Positions 25,619 through 38,120 of a stretch of 64,000 bases of DNA are shown piece by piece. The notes beneath the pieces were generated by a model. It saw only the letters and a list, made by a program, of their open reading frames with translations, was not told the DNA's origin and did no database searches. The stretch covers positions 927,836 through 991,835 of the forward strand of contig NW_002060949.1 of NCBI RefSeq assembly GCF_000150275.1. The letters are read 5' to 3'. Both the position numbers and the translations under genes were made by a program. How positions within the stretch are numbered: the first letter of the stretch is position 1; every line of letters starts with the position of its first letter. Origin of the DNA: Trichoplax adhaerens (lineage: Eukaryota; Animalia; Placozoa).

Positions 25619-28287
25619 ATGGCAAAAGCGGCAATCTATTTAGCTATCGTTGCATTTGCAACTGTTACAGCAATAAAAATTGAACCTAGAGGTACGATAC
25701 TCTTAATTTCATATTTCTATATCTTACATCCATAGACTTAAATTTCCTGAATACAAAGAGTGGTTGTAAATAGAATATCAGTTAATCGTTTCTTCTGCGA
25801 AATCGAATTTTATGCTAAATTTGCCATTACTAAGGCAACCTATATACTTGTCTATACTATTTTCTTATTGTCTGGTTAATGAAATTTCATTTGTAGGGAG
25901 TTCAGTCTGTGATCCTGATCCTAAGTTAGGCTGTTACAGTAACGATCCTCCATTCGATCGATTTCTAATTCCATTACCACAAAGTTCTACAGACATTGGC
26001 ACAAAATTTAGACTTTTTGTTCGTGGTGGAGTCGGTTATGATTACTTGGATTATAACTCTCCATCGTCAATCAGCTCATCTTGGTTTAATGGCAACAAAG
26101 ATACAAAAATTATCTGCCACGGCTTTTTAAATGATGGCGATACAAAATGGATGCACAATATGAAAGATGCCTTCTTAGCTAATGACGATGTCAACGTTAT
26201 CATTGTTGATTGGGGTGGTGATGAATTATTGACTGGTTCTCAGACTGGCTACTTAACTGCAACAGCCAATACAAGAGTTGTAGGCGATCAAATTGGCGAA
26301 TTGATTAAAGCATTACCCACTCAACGTTCCAGAGTTCATATAGTAGGTCACAGTCTTGGTGCTCACATCGCTGGTTATGCAGGTATGACAATTACTTATT
26401 TATACAGCTATACAGTTTACTTTAAACATGTCGAGAATCTTTACTTGAGAACTTTTAATTAATATCGAAAAGGTAGAATAGGTTAGTAAATTAAGAGTGT
26501 TAACTTTTAAAAATAGATGATGAAAATCTAGTTGAGGAATTTTAGAATGTATGGTTAGAATGTGCGTTTAAGTAAACGTTAAAATATGAATGTGCTGAAG
26601 CTATACGAGTATATTGTAGTAGTAAAAGTTGCTTTCAATTTGATAATACAGTAAAAATATTTAATTCCCTCTCATAACGAAAATTTGTAGTTTAAATCTT
26701 TGTGATCATTGATCATTGAGCATTCACTTAAATACAAAAATAAATATTCTGCTATTCAATTTCGCCACTAATAGGTGTACGCGCATCTGGAACTGGTCGC
26801 ATTTCTGGTTTGGATCCTGCCGATCCTAACTTTCAAGGACAAGCTAATGCTGTCAAACTGGATAAGAGCGATGCTTTATTTGTTGACGTAATACATACTG
26901 ATGCTGATACTTTTACACTTGCTGATGGCCTCGGCACTAGTGATCGTTCTGGACATATTGATTTCTGGCCTAATGGTGGTAAAAGCCAGCCTGGCTGCGG
27001 TTTACTTAAACATGCAACTACGAAAGGTATTGATCTATCTGAAGCAAAGGAAATACAACCTAGGGGAGGAATCGGCTGTGATCATAATCGTGTGCCTGCT
27101 TTGTACACTGAATCTATTACTAGCACTTGTGATTTCTTGGGTTATCCATGTGCCAATTATGATGACTTCAAGAACGGCAAATGCATGAGCTGCGGTGGTA
27201 AATGTGCTAGCATGGGATATAAAGCTGGCCTTTATAAAAATATTAATTTCGCTCAACAGCTTTACCTCAATACCAACTCTGGCAGTAAATACTGCAGTAA
27301 GGGAATATAGAGTAAATTATTATGTAGGATTACCTATCAATGTGATATAGTTTAGAAAAGAGTACCACAATAAAATGCCAATTTCTACCCTACACTATGA
27401 TCTCTAACGGAAAACTAATAATTAATATTGATAATCTGAATAATCAAAGAGATGATTGTAATTATTGTATCATGATGTTCTCTCTTGATTTTATTTAGCC
27501 AATAGTTATATGGTTAAAGTAAAAACCGGCGATGTTTCCTATGCTGGTACTGGTGCTGATGTTTATATCCGTATCTACGGTTCTGCCGGAATCTCACATG
27601 ACACTAAACTTAGGTAAAAGAAAAATGCTTAGATGCAGTCCCTCCCAATTGCCGTGACTATACATACTACTAATCACCACCCATCATCACTATCAGTCTA
27701 ATAAGCGTAAAAAATTGCTATGGATCAATCTTTTTCTAAATGCTTGAAAGTTGTAATAAGGGCTACTAAGTTATGATCTGTGATTAGATATTAGACTGCA
27801 CAATAATAAAAAGCTTAATCAAGACTACAGAATAATATTGATCCTCAAAATAGTGAAATATCAATAGCCAAGAAATGCGATGCTAACAACTGTAATCTTT
27901 TTCTTGATTTTATAGCGGTGATTTTGAAAGAAATGATGAAGATGTTACTATCATTAATAGTGATACTTACTTGGGTAATATCTATCGAATCGCTATCTGG
28001 CATGACGACAGCGGTTTATTGAGTGGATGGTACTTGCAGAGCGTTGTTGTACAAGGAGGCGGATCATCAAGGTGAAATAGGATAGGAGCTAAAATTACAT
28101 TTAATTCTACTGATGACCAAGCAACAACACATACCCGTAGCAAGGCGTACTGTACTAATCAGTAGTATTGTAAACTAATTGAGCTATTTATTACTCCTAT
28201 CATTATTTTAGCTACCTCTTCTGCTATCGAGGTTGGCTTGAAGATTCTCCTAACACAAAGTACTTAACCCCTGTTTCTTCCTGTTAA
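25619..28287 (+). CDS. Pancreatic lipase-related protein, copy 2 (26-aa lid, canonical PLAT/LH2 domain; 6 coding exons)
   Basis: Exons 25619-25691, 25897-26382, 26775-27296, 27499-27613, 27916-28071, 28212-28287. Catalytic GHSLG/LDPA/CDH; PLAT motifs YMVKVKTGDVSYAGTGADVYIRIYG, FERNDED, IWHDDSG..GWYLQSV, FCYRGWL. Confidence 0.93.
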
Positions 28288-29698
28288 ACGAGGACAAGAA
28301 ATTACGGCAATAGATCATACTATCTCGAGAAATTTGGTAGGCGTAAAATGGTTGGCGCATTCATATGCTAACGTTATACCATTTTCTTGATTAATGTATC
28401 GTAACAGTAACTGTATTTTAGGCTAGTGTAAATCAGTCATATATTACAATCTCTGTCATTACTGAAAGAATGTAATATCGTTGATTTTGTTTTGTAGCGG
28501 TTACATAATTACTTTTTTTCTAGTTATAATGATGAAGGATATACAATTATTATTTCATAGTATCTAAGATTGAAATTTAGGCCATTATCTACGAGTTGTG
28601 ATTGTTGATTAATAAATAAAGCATTTTACATCCACTGATGTGTAGCCAATGCTGTAGAAATCACAATTCTGTAATTCTCATTTATGCAGAAGGAAATAAG
28701 GGATATTTGAGAAATGTACATGGCGTAGATAAGAAGGAATCAGATTTTAAACTACCTTTCAGGAATTTATCCTAAGAATTTTTATGAAAATGACTCCTGA
28801 GTATCGCATTTAAGCTGTTAGAGCAATCATACGATAATGTATGAGAATTATCAGTAGCTATGGAGATGGACATTAGTAAGATAGCGAATTTCAAAGAGTC
28901 GACCACTAATCATTCCTTAGAGTAAGTTAAAAATACTATGCTTGAGCCAAACTTATTAGTACCTGTGTGACCTCCAAAGCAGTATCCCAAAGATCTGCTC
29001 TTCATGTTTCCAAATTACTATGTTGTTATAACCGACCACTCTCCTGACAAAGGATAAAGTAAAGTATTTTGCTCTTCTAAGTTGCAACTGTCAACTACTA
29101 TTTTAGTTTAGGTCTAGAACTATCCTTCTAGACTGCAATCACACAGGTAAACTTCACAACATTGAGCTACTTCTACTTTATTCCAACTAATACAATCGAC
29201 ACTATGTTCTCATGAAAACTACAAAATCAGATACTAACGAGCAACATTCACAATTGCGAGTTAATAACAAAAGTTTAATCGACCTAACCTATATAGGTAG
29301 AAATCTACTACGACACAAATACTTAATTTATACCGTTATTCAAGGTGTATTTGTACCGTGACAATCGTGTATTGGATATAATCTTAAGTACTGCTGTACA
29401 CTGATTTCATTCTTACTACAGTATTTTCTTCCACTTGATACGCACTTAATTAAAAACTTACTATTTCCGACCATATTTACTGTCAATAGTTTCTAAAAAA
29501 GAATAGCAAAACACCTATTACACTTGAACTATCAAATTCTATAGTTTATACTTTTAATATATATCACTAGAGTTCCTGTAGGCATCTCATACTATATGTA
29601 CGGGCAAGCTATCAAGTAAGAATTTGTCGATTTCGATACAAATTCTGAATCTTCAAATAGAGCTTACCAAATAATTATGAGCTAATACTACAGGTATA

Positions 29699-29757
29699 TG
29701 TAGTGATTTCAGCTAATTACAGTAGTTTTGCGTAGGGCTAACAACCCGTGCACTACA
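29699..29757 (+). mobile_element. 59-bp internally deleted derivative of the solo LTR at 33485-33980
   Basis: TGTAGTG...CACTACA termini. The sequence matches the two ends of the 496-bp element joined at a 4-bp microhomology (TAGG/CCTA). Flanks GTATA/GTATT (4 of 5 match). Confidence 0.7.
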
Positions 29758-32087
29758 GTATTATACTCGCTGAACGTGCACAAAGTTGCGAAGTAAGTTG
29801 TGAGCTAATGATATGCATGTTAATAATAATATGCATTAGTATATCAGATTTGAGTTTTATTCGGATAGGAAATTATCGCGATAAAGCTAACAAGACCCCA
29901 GAATCAAAGATACGCGTACATTATAATAAAATTAAATTAAGTTAAATTAATATTGTGTTTGAACTAGTTAAACTTTAACAATGTTAGAATCTCCTTGTTG
30001 AAATCTATCGTGAATAAGGAAGATCACATTCTATCTTATCATATCATCATTTTATTTTATGATTTGTTGAACATCTCATTTTATAGCTCATGCAGAACCA
30101 AATATGAGCTAAAAATTTACTCATTATATATTTTTACGGCAATTATTATTTAAACGGATAATGAGCCAAATTATGCCTCTGTGAGAAAAAGTTACAAGTT
30201 ATGCTTGTAGTCGGGCCAAATATATTTATTTTTAATAGATCTAGTTGAATATTTTAAAAATTACCTTAAATATGTCTCTTAACTGTAAAACATGTCCTAG
30301 GCATGAATTAACAAACATCGATAGAAAAATGTTATCAGGCCCAGTAAATCGAGGTAATATGTTGTCTCATGTAAAGATGAAATTAGTGCAAGTGTTTAAT
30401 ATAAGAATTTGTTGCTAGAATGTAATTATAATCGCTGTTAGCAAATCGAAAAATATGTTTTGATTCGATTATCCGTATCAATATTGCGAAATAATTAGCT
30501 TATAAGAAAAAGCTCTGGCTGCTAATTACGCCCTCAAAGTAAACGTCTCATTAGTCGTTTTTACAGACGCATTTCATTATTACTGGAATATCTAAGTACA
30601 ATATCAATTCATTCAATTTTCATATTATATCACATTAATGTACTTAAGCAGGAGCGGTTACAATCTCTAGAGTTTAACTACAATTCTGTTTATATTTAGT
30701 ACTATACGATATGACGATTGGTTTATCCTCTAACTCTATCCAGTAAAACAGATTTTTTACGTACTGTATATCTATCTATCCGCTAACCTTTCGTAGAGTA
30801 GAGTAATTAACATTGTAAAGGCAATCTCGATCTAGATAAGCAGTAGACTTTGACTAGAGTACTCCTTATACTGCCTTAATTTAATCACAAATGAGGTGAT
30901 GCTATCCTACATCTGAAGAATCCAAAGCATTTTTAATTAGTTATACTTTAATCGAGAAAGACCATCAACTACCACATCTATATATTCTATAACTAACATA
31001 TGCAGGGTTTAACTCTTTATCAACTGTAAATCGTCCTGATTATAATTATCAATATTTTAATGATCATAAGAATTTAGAGTACTATACATACCGTATACAA
31101 TACAGCTAGTAATTAGATCTTTAATTACGTAAACTGAAGAGAATATATAAATTTTAAATTATAGAGAATATGATACCAGTTTAATTCATCTCATAAATAA
31201 TATGCTGCAACTAAAGAATATTTTGAAAGTGATAATATTTTAGACTTTATTTCACTTATGTACAGTACTCAGTAGGCATCTAATATTTTACACGGGAAAT
31301 TTAATTTTTCACTATAATTGATTACATACGGTACCGCATTTATTAAAAACCAAATAGTGAATAGTTAATGCATGGAAATTACTAAATTCACTCGTAATGA
31401 AATCCAAGGAAATAAAATAACGTTAGAAAAAGGTTTCAAAGACCTAAAAACGAGAAGAAATAGATAAGATTTGATTGATTTTCTTTCATAAAAAATAGCT
31501 AAATCTTAGCTCATTAATGGAAAATAGCCTTGTACTAAGTCTCTTGAAGGCATTACTTGTTATCTTTATGAAATGCAACTATTAAGGTACATTAGTATGC
31601 TAGTAAAAATGTATGAAAATAAAGACGATAGTGCTAGATGATGTCCCGACAATTCTTTGTTTACAGCAGCTAGCATGTAGAATACAGTATGTTACTATAA
31701 GCCATTAGAATGGCGTTAATCGAAATAATTTACTAACATTTTAGCTAATAACGAGCGGTTTTGGTTTATAGCTTACGAGATATATTTTCCTTCGTAGATT
31801 AATTAATCAATATGTAATATGGCATATTTATATAACAAATATCAGTCTATTTTTAAAAGCTGGCTAGGCTAGGATGACTTCGAGACTGACCAACATGAAT
31901 CTGCAGTAGGTTGAATACTTCTGTTTCTTAAGTGATGTTCCTTTCACTATTGAGCACTGCTGTCATTTCATATGAAAACTCAGATAATTTTGATTGTTAA
32001 CGCTATATTCTTACCAAGCAATTAATCGCTTATCTATGAAAATAACTGAAGGATATTGTCATAAACAATCAAGTTAATTAGGGAACA

Positions 32088-32260
32088 AAAGGTCAAAGTT
32101 CGATAATCCAATTAGTGTCGTACTAAATCGATACTGGATAGTCTATTGAATTCGTTAAAGTCAACAAATAATTACGGTATCTGCTTCAGCCAACATAACC
32201 AGTAGCACCTTAGCAGTACGTTATAAAAAGCTAGAATAGAATATATCTGCTTCATTTACT
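32088..32260 (+). promoter_or_regulatory. Lipase copy 3 promoter: conserved upstream block, TATA box and Inr
   Basis: AGGTCAAAGTTCG-ATAATCCAATTAGT...TTGAATTCG...GTCAACAAATA block shared with the copy 5 promoter; TATAAAAA at about 32222 and TCATTT about 30 nt downstream. Confidence 0.6.
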
Positions 32261-32305
32261 AATTGTTAATGACATAGTCGAATTGGCATTAGTTGAATCC
32301 TAATC

Positions 32306-35300
32306 ATGTTCAAGCAATTGCTCGTAGTTGCAGCTGTTGCTGCAGTTGTCTTGGCTAGACCAGAGCCTCGATGTAAGTATGATTTTCATTCCTTTCAAAA
32401 ATTTTCTAAATCATATCTTTAAGGTCGATACTGTACTTTCTCCTAATACAGTATAAGCGTAATCAGAAATCATATGATAATTTAGCACGTTTAATCTACA
32501 TTCTGAAAAGAGTTCTTTTTTTGTAGTCTAGCAATAAAATTTTAAGATTTCAACCAATTTATAGTGATATGAGTATGGGTAATATTTTACACAAATTCGA
32601 GCTGGCACATTTATAAGTTAGGATGAGAAATTTCGTGCTAATACAATCCCTAGTTTTAACTTGGATAGATAATAAATCTACAGTACTGTATATTCGTATA
32701 TAACTATAGCTAATAGCTGAGTATTAAAAAATAGAGTAGTACCTATTTGTAGTCAACACTTTTAATACTGCGATAGATTAACGATAATGGGTAATGTTAA
32801 TCAACTATATTAATAAATTCAACTTTGCCAACTCTATTCAGTCATAGTCTTAAAATAGACTTCCCATTAATTACGGAAACTAATCATTAGTTAAAATAAA
32901 TACAATTTCATTGTTATAGTAAATCTCACTATTTATCTCAACCTTAATTTATTCCAATTAGTCATATTAAGTCAAACATTTGCAAATTAAAAATCGTAGT
33001 TTAGAAATGAATAGTACAGATTTTATAATAATCGGAGTTTGGTCAAGGAGAGATCGCATAAATAAGTCACTGCAGCTTTAGGCTTGAGAATTTTCTTAAC
33101 TACGTGGCATCTATTGCCACAGAATGGTAGAACTGCAGATTATAATCATTAACATTTCAATACATTCTTAATGAAAGCAAAAGGTTTATTTACTCTAGTT
33201 GTTGACTTATTTTGAAGCTTAAGTCTAATATCATAAACAACAACATTTTTAACAATGTCAATTACGAAGCTAGCATAAAAACTAAAGATGGTGCAATAAA
33301 TTAATTTGACAGTTACAATTTTTGGCCGAATTTCGTCATAATAAATAATATTTAAAAATTAGAGATTTTAATCTCACATAAGTTTTATCTACCGGCATTG
33401 ATAAATTGTCGAAGTATTAATCAACACTATATCGATAATTAAAATTAAAATTAGATCACCTGTTAGTATTATTACGACAACCATTGTAGTGTACGGGTTG
33501 TTAGCCCTAGGTTCGTAATCCGTCAACTCAAAATTCTGAGTTGTTAAAATCGAGCAAATCCCTAATGTGATACAAAATAGTCAACACCGTATAATTGACT
33601 CATAACAGTTAAGTTTATTAATGTCCATGTATCATCCGTCAGAGAAGAATTCCAATTTCTTCCGCTGCTAATAACAGTCGAAAATGGCTAAGATAAACCG
33701 GATAATCGACTTAGCCTCCACGATAACAGTTCTATACAACTTATACAAATTATCATCAATTGCTCCTCTACATAGGAGTCATCCATCACATTAGTACTTT
33801 GCTTAACAACATTACTTAATATGGCTATCAGCTACGGCCTTATATAGCACATACTAAATGCTTGCCGTTTCATCATACTAGCCTTATCAGCACTTACTTT
33901 ATTAAGACATACAGTTCTACACTACATACTTTGGCTGTATTGCCTACACAAAACTACTGTAATTAGCTGAAATCACTACAACCATTTACCTATCTAATAT
34001 GCTGTAGTATCCATACTGATCAATAATATAATGTAGCATCTATTAACATACAGCTAGCTCGAAATCGGTATCGGAAATTGGTTAATGTCATCCAGTATGA
34101 TTAACTCAAATAATAGCTCATTAATGATCAACTATGAAAGTCTTGTGATTACCATCTGATCATTTATTTCTCACTATTATTCGTTCAAGTTCGATTTATC
34201 AACTGATAACTTCTTTATCAAGAAATGTATTCACGACTGGTATAGCATCGTTCTAACTTATCTGAGCTGTAAATTACTTATCGTGTACAGTAAATTAATA
34301 AGGAATTTCTATCCTCATTTGGGTTGATATTCCATGAAAATAAATAGAGCTCTCAGTATCTATTTTATAATTATGAACAAGTAGGATTATTACTTGCTAA
34401 TAATATTTTCTATCAAATCTTTTATTTAATACTGTAGCAACCATGTGCGATCCCGATCCCAAATTGGGATGCTACTCTGATACTGGACCATGGGATAGAT
34501 GGTTTTTCCCACTCCCTAAGCCATCCAATAAAATTGGAACCAAATTCTACTTGTATACCCGTGGATATAGTTCCTCCCAAACCCTCGACTACAATAACCC
34601 ATCTTCTATCTCTGGTTCTCGTTTCAATGGTAACATTGATACCAAAATCATTATCCACGGGTTCAACAGCGATTCTACTTCCGCTTGGATGCATAATATG
34701 AAGAACGCTTTCTTGAACAAGGGCTACTTTAATGTTATCCTCGTTGACTGGGGTGGCGGTGCCAAGACTCTCGACTATGATCAAGCTAGTGCTAACACCC
34801 GTGTTGTTGGTGACATGGTTGGAGAATTAGCTAAGGCTTTACCAACCAGTAAGAGCAGAGTTCATATTATCGGTCACAGTTTGGGTGCCCATACAGCCAG
34901 CTTTGCTAGTAAGTTAGCTACTCGTATTATAATTGAACGAAAGTTAACAATTTATTCTAAAAGGGTAGTGATTGTAATCATCGTGTTCTAAGTACATTTA
35001 TATAGTTTAATTGGAGTTCATTGACTGTATATGAATATACATTATAATTATTGCAATATTCTTATATAGGTGTTAGACTTAATAAGGCCGGACGTGTCAG
35101 CGGTCTTGACCCTGCCGATCCTAACTTCCAAGGACAATCTACTGCTGCTAGATTAGACAAGACTGATGCCGACTTTGTTGATGTTATCCATAGTGATGCC
35201 GATACCTTCTTGTTAGGTGCTGGTTATGGTACCAAAGATGCTTCTGGCCATCTTGATTTCTGGCCTAATGGTGGTGAAGATCAACCCCAATGCGGTTTAT

Positions 35301-36479
35301 TCAAGGATGTCCAAAAGAACATGAACGGCATGAGCCAAAGAGGGGACATTGGCTGCGATCACGGTGCTGCACACACATACTACGTAGAATCTATCAACTC
35401 TGCTTGCGATTTCGTCGCTAAGCCTTGCTCTAGCTACAGCAACTATAAATCGGGCAGTTGTGCTAGTTGTTTCGGCAATCCATGCCCAATCATGGGTTAC
35501 AGAGCTGTAGAATTCAAGAACTACTACTACTACAACTATAGACTTTTCTTGACTACCAACAAGAGCGCACCATACTGCTGTAGGTTTTTAGCAATACGCA
35601 ACTAAGTAGTACTTAATTAAGGCCATTTATTACTCATTGAACTTATCATCATTAAATAATTTTATTATCTGCTGTTGCTGACATTATATTGAGGATCGCC
35701 AGGCCACAATACCATGGGGAACACTTTCGTTAAGATTGATAGACTAGTTTAGTTATCATTATTGTTTAACTAATAATGGTAGTTCACTGAATTTGTTACC
35801 GTACTTTGGTTACTAGATGATTACGATTCAATCTAGCGATATTTTAAGTCAAGGAAGGAATTTTAAATCAAAAATGAGCGATGTCGTAATATTATCAAAC
35901 TAGTTTAATACTTGAAAAACAGTTTAAAAATCTGTGTAATTTTGAAACTTACGATACTATAGCTAAATTTTTACTTAGCCGCAATTTTCTTTCTGTTCAA
36001 TTTTAAATTATCATACCATAATACGCATATATTATTCGGTGTACAAGACGTATGATTGAGCTTATAGTATTACCGTAATATATATATATATATATCAGGT
36101 TAACATTGGTATTAAGATTATCAAAATATTTATATCGCAGCTAGCGCCAAATCTGCCAAGTCCGTTGTAGAACAACTTGGTGGCTCAGAATTAGCAGCAG
36201 AAGATGCCAAATTAAAGTAAGTACCGTAATAAGTACCGCTAAAATTCTGTCTTAAAATTCGTCGAATTGAACATAATCTCTTTCGCAGCATATCAGCTTT
36301 TAATAATCTAATTGTTAGTAAAGTTTAGTAATTGTAGATTTTGTATTTAACTGTATAATTTCTAGATTACTTATGTTCAATTTTCACTTTAAAGCTTGCT
36401 CTAGCTATGAATCAGTTTTCAAACATCATAACTGATAAAATATACATTTGTATTTACATTTTATAGAAGAATGGAATAA
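32306..36479 (+). CDS. Pancreatic lipase-related protein, copy 3 (20-aa lid, no PLAT domain, short C-terminal tail)
   Basis: Exons 32306-32372, 34438-34908, 35070-35579, 36141-36216, 36467-36479 (stop; exon continues to 36519, UTR exon from 36690). Intact GHSLG/LDPA/CDH. Confidence 0.88.
33485..33980 (-). mobile_element. Solo LTR (496 bp) in intron 1 of lipase copy 3
   Basis: 7-bp terminal inverted repeat TGTAGTG...CACTACA; exact 5-bp TSD ACCAT (33480-33484 and 33981-33985); minus-strand TATATAA (about 33840) followed by AATAAA (33614-33619). Confidence 0.82.
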
Positions 36480-37801
36480 ATAGACCAATAAGATTGATAT
36501 CTTCATTAGGACGTTTCAAGTAAGTTTTAGCTAATAACAAAATTATATCATATTAGAATAATACTATTAAAATATTAAAATCTGTATCTACTATTAGCAC
36601 ATTCACATGTATAATATAAGCTAATGGAATCAATTGATTTTATATCTTGACGCTAATGATATTAATATTTTCTATATTCGTATTATTAGATAACCTCGAT
36701 ACCCTCGGTTGTGAAGACACCTTGAATTTGATAGCATAGTGCTGAATATCATGAATAGTAGATAATGATAGAAAATTCGTGTAGGGTAGCATTAATGTGT
36801 TCCTATACACGAGAATCAATTTTCTCTTAGTTTACGATGACCTATAAAATAGCTGACTAATCGTTTTGTTTCCATTTTAATATTGCAATATCCTAATCTA
36901 GTTGTAATTAAAATGAAACTTTTGCAAAGAATGATTATCTTCCATTTTCGTAACTGAGTTCTCGATCTTGTCAGCTATCCTAAAATGATCCTAGATATTA
37001 TACCAATCATTTTGAGGAAGATTTGCTTTTGCAAACTCATTAATTTCATTAGAGTACTAGTACAAACTCACGTCGCTTTGCTGACGGTTTACGATAATGC
37101 ACCCATTTGTTAATAATTAACAGATAGTATTACCATTCGACATTATATATACCCTGGTAATAGCCAGGCACTACTGTATTCACAGCACAGCTATGCTTGT
37201 GAAAACTACTTTTCAATAATGCATTCACGGATAAAGCTTGCTCTGTCGTTAACAACTGTTATAAGAAAATGTAATAATCAAAATGGCTGCGTAGAAAACT
37301 CTATAAAGATTCTATGTTTATTCAATTTTCATCAGAGTATTACATCAAATCAAAATTGAAAGGCCCAGTGGCCACCCTTAGCGATATAACGAATACTATT
37401 TTAATAATCAGTACTCTGCAGAAATTACTACCTTAGAGCTATTCGTTTTACATGAAGAAATCTTGAGGTAAAAAGTACTGTAAGAATCTTATACTGACCT
37501 ATTGAAATGAACCCATAATCACAGTCATCTAACAGTAGTATAAATACCCCCCCCCCCGCTGCTCATTTAAAAAGGTGGGTAGTGGGATTATACGGTAGCG
37601 GTAGCAAGAAACCAAAATAAAAATTGTGAAGAGATCACTATTCACCTTCAATTTATATAAGAATAGCAGTAGCAGTTCTAGTCGATTTAGTGGATGGAGT
37701 TACAATTCATGAGTATATAGATAGCATTGTATCTAATTTTAGGTAGTAATAATTTCTTCTCTACTTTATGGGGCAAAAAGTCTGCCCTTAAATGTAAAGG
37801 T

Positions 37802-38120
37802 TTAACCTTTACAGTCTTTACAAAAATAATGTCGCTCCGTTCGAGCTAGGGCTGTAGCGGCAGAGATGATACTGCTTGATCACTCGATCGACAACACTTT
37901 ACGTGTCAAACTGATATCCAAAAGACTGTCGTAAACGGGTAGAATGCATAATTTTTATTTTAACCTCTACAGTACAGTTATTTCCTCAATTTGTCCGTTT
38001 TCAACAGTCTTTGGACATCAATTTTGCACAGTGCAGTGCCTAGCTGCCTGGTAAAGCAAAGGGAGACAACCATATGGTGATAACCATGACATTGTTTTTT
38101 GGAAAGGCTGTCAAAATTAA
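37802..38120. mobile_element. Degenerate foldback/MITE-like element with nested inverted repeats, TTAA at both ends
   Basis: Outer arms 37802-37834 vs 38087-38120 and inner arms about 37904-37943 vs about 37990-38030 are imperfect reverse complements. Confidence 0.6.

Noticed and set aside
33510-33521. GGTTCGTAATCC resembling a tRNA B-box; also read at first as a 433-bp insertion with a CCTA TSD
   Set aside because: No A-box or cloverleaf. The outer TG..CA termini with ACCAT TSD explain the region better as a solo LTR, with CCTA as the deletion microhomology.
34422-34784. Antisense ORFs over lipase exons (also 22318-22515, 27035-27256, 40775-40990, 41130-41312, 50480-50812)
   Set aside because: Shadow frames of codon-biased sense exons.
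37547-37557. C homopolymers (also near 40392 and 55645) and short (TA)n runs (near 20764 and 36078)
   Set aside because: Simple low-complexity tracts with no supporting structure.
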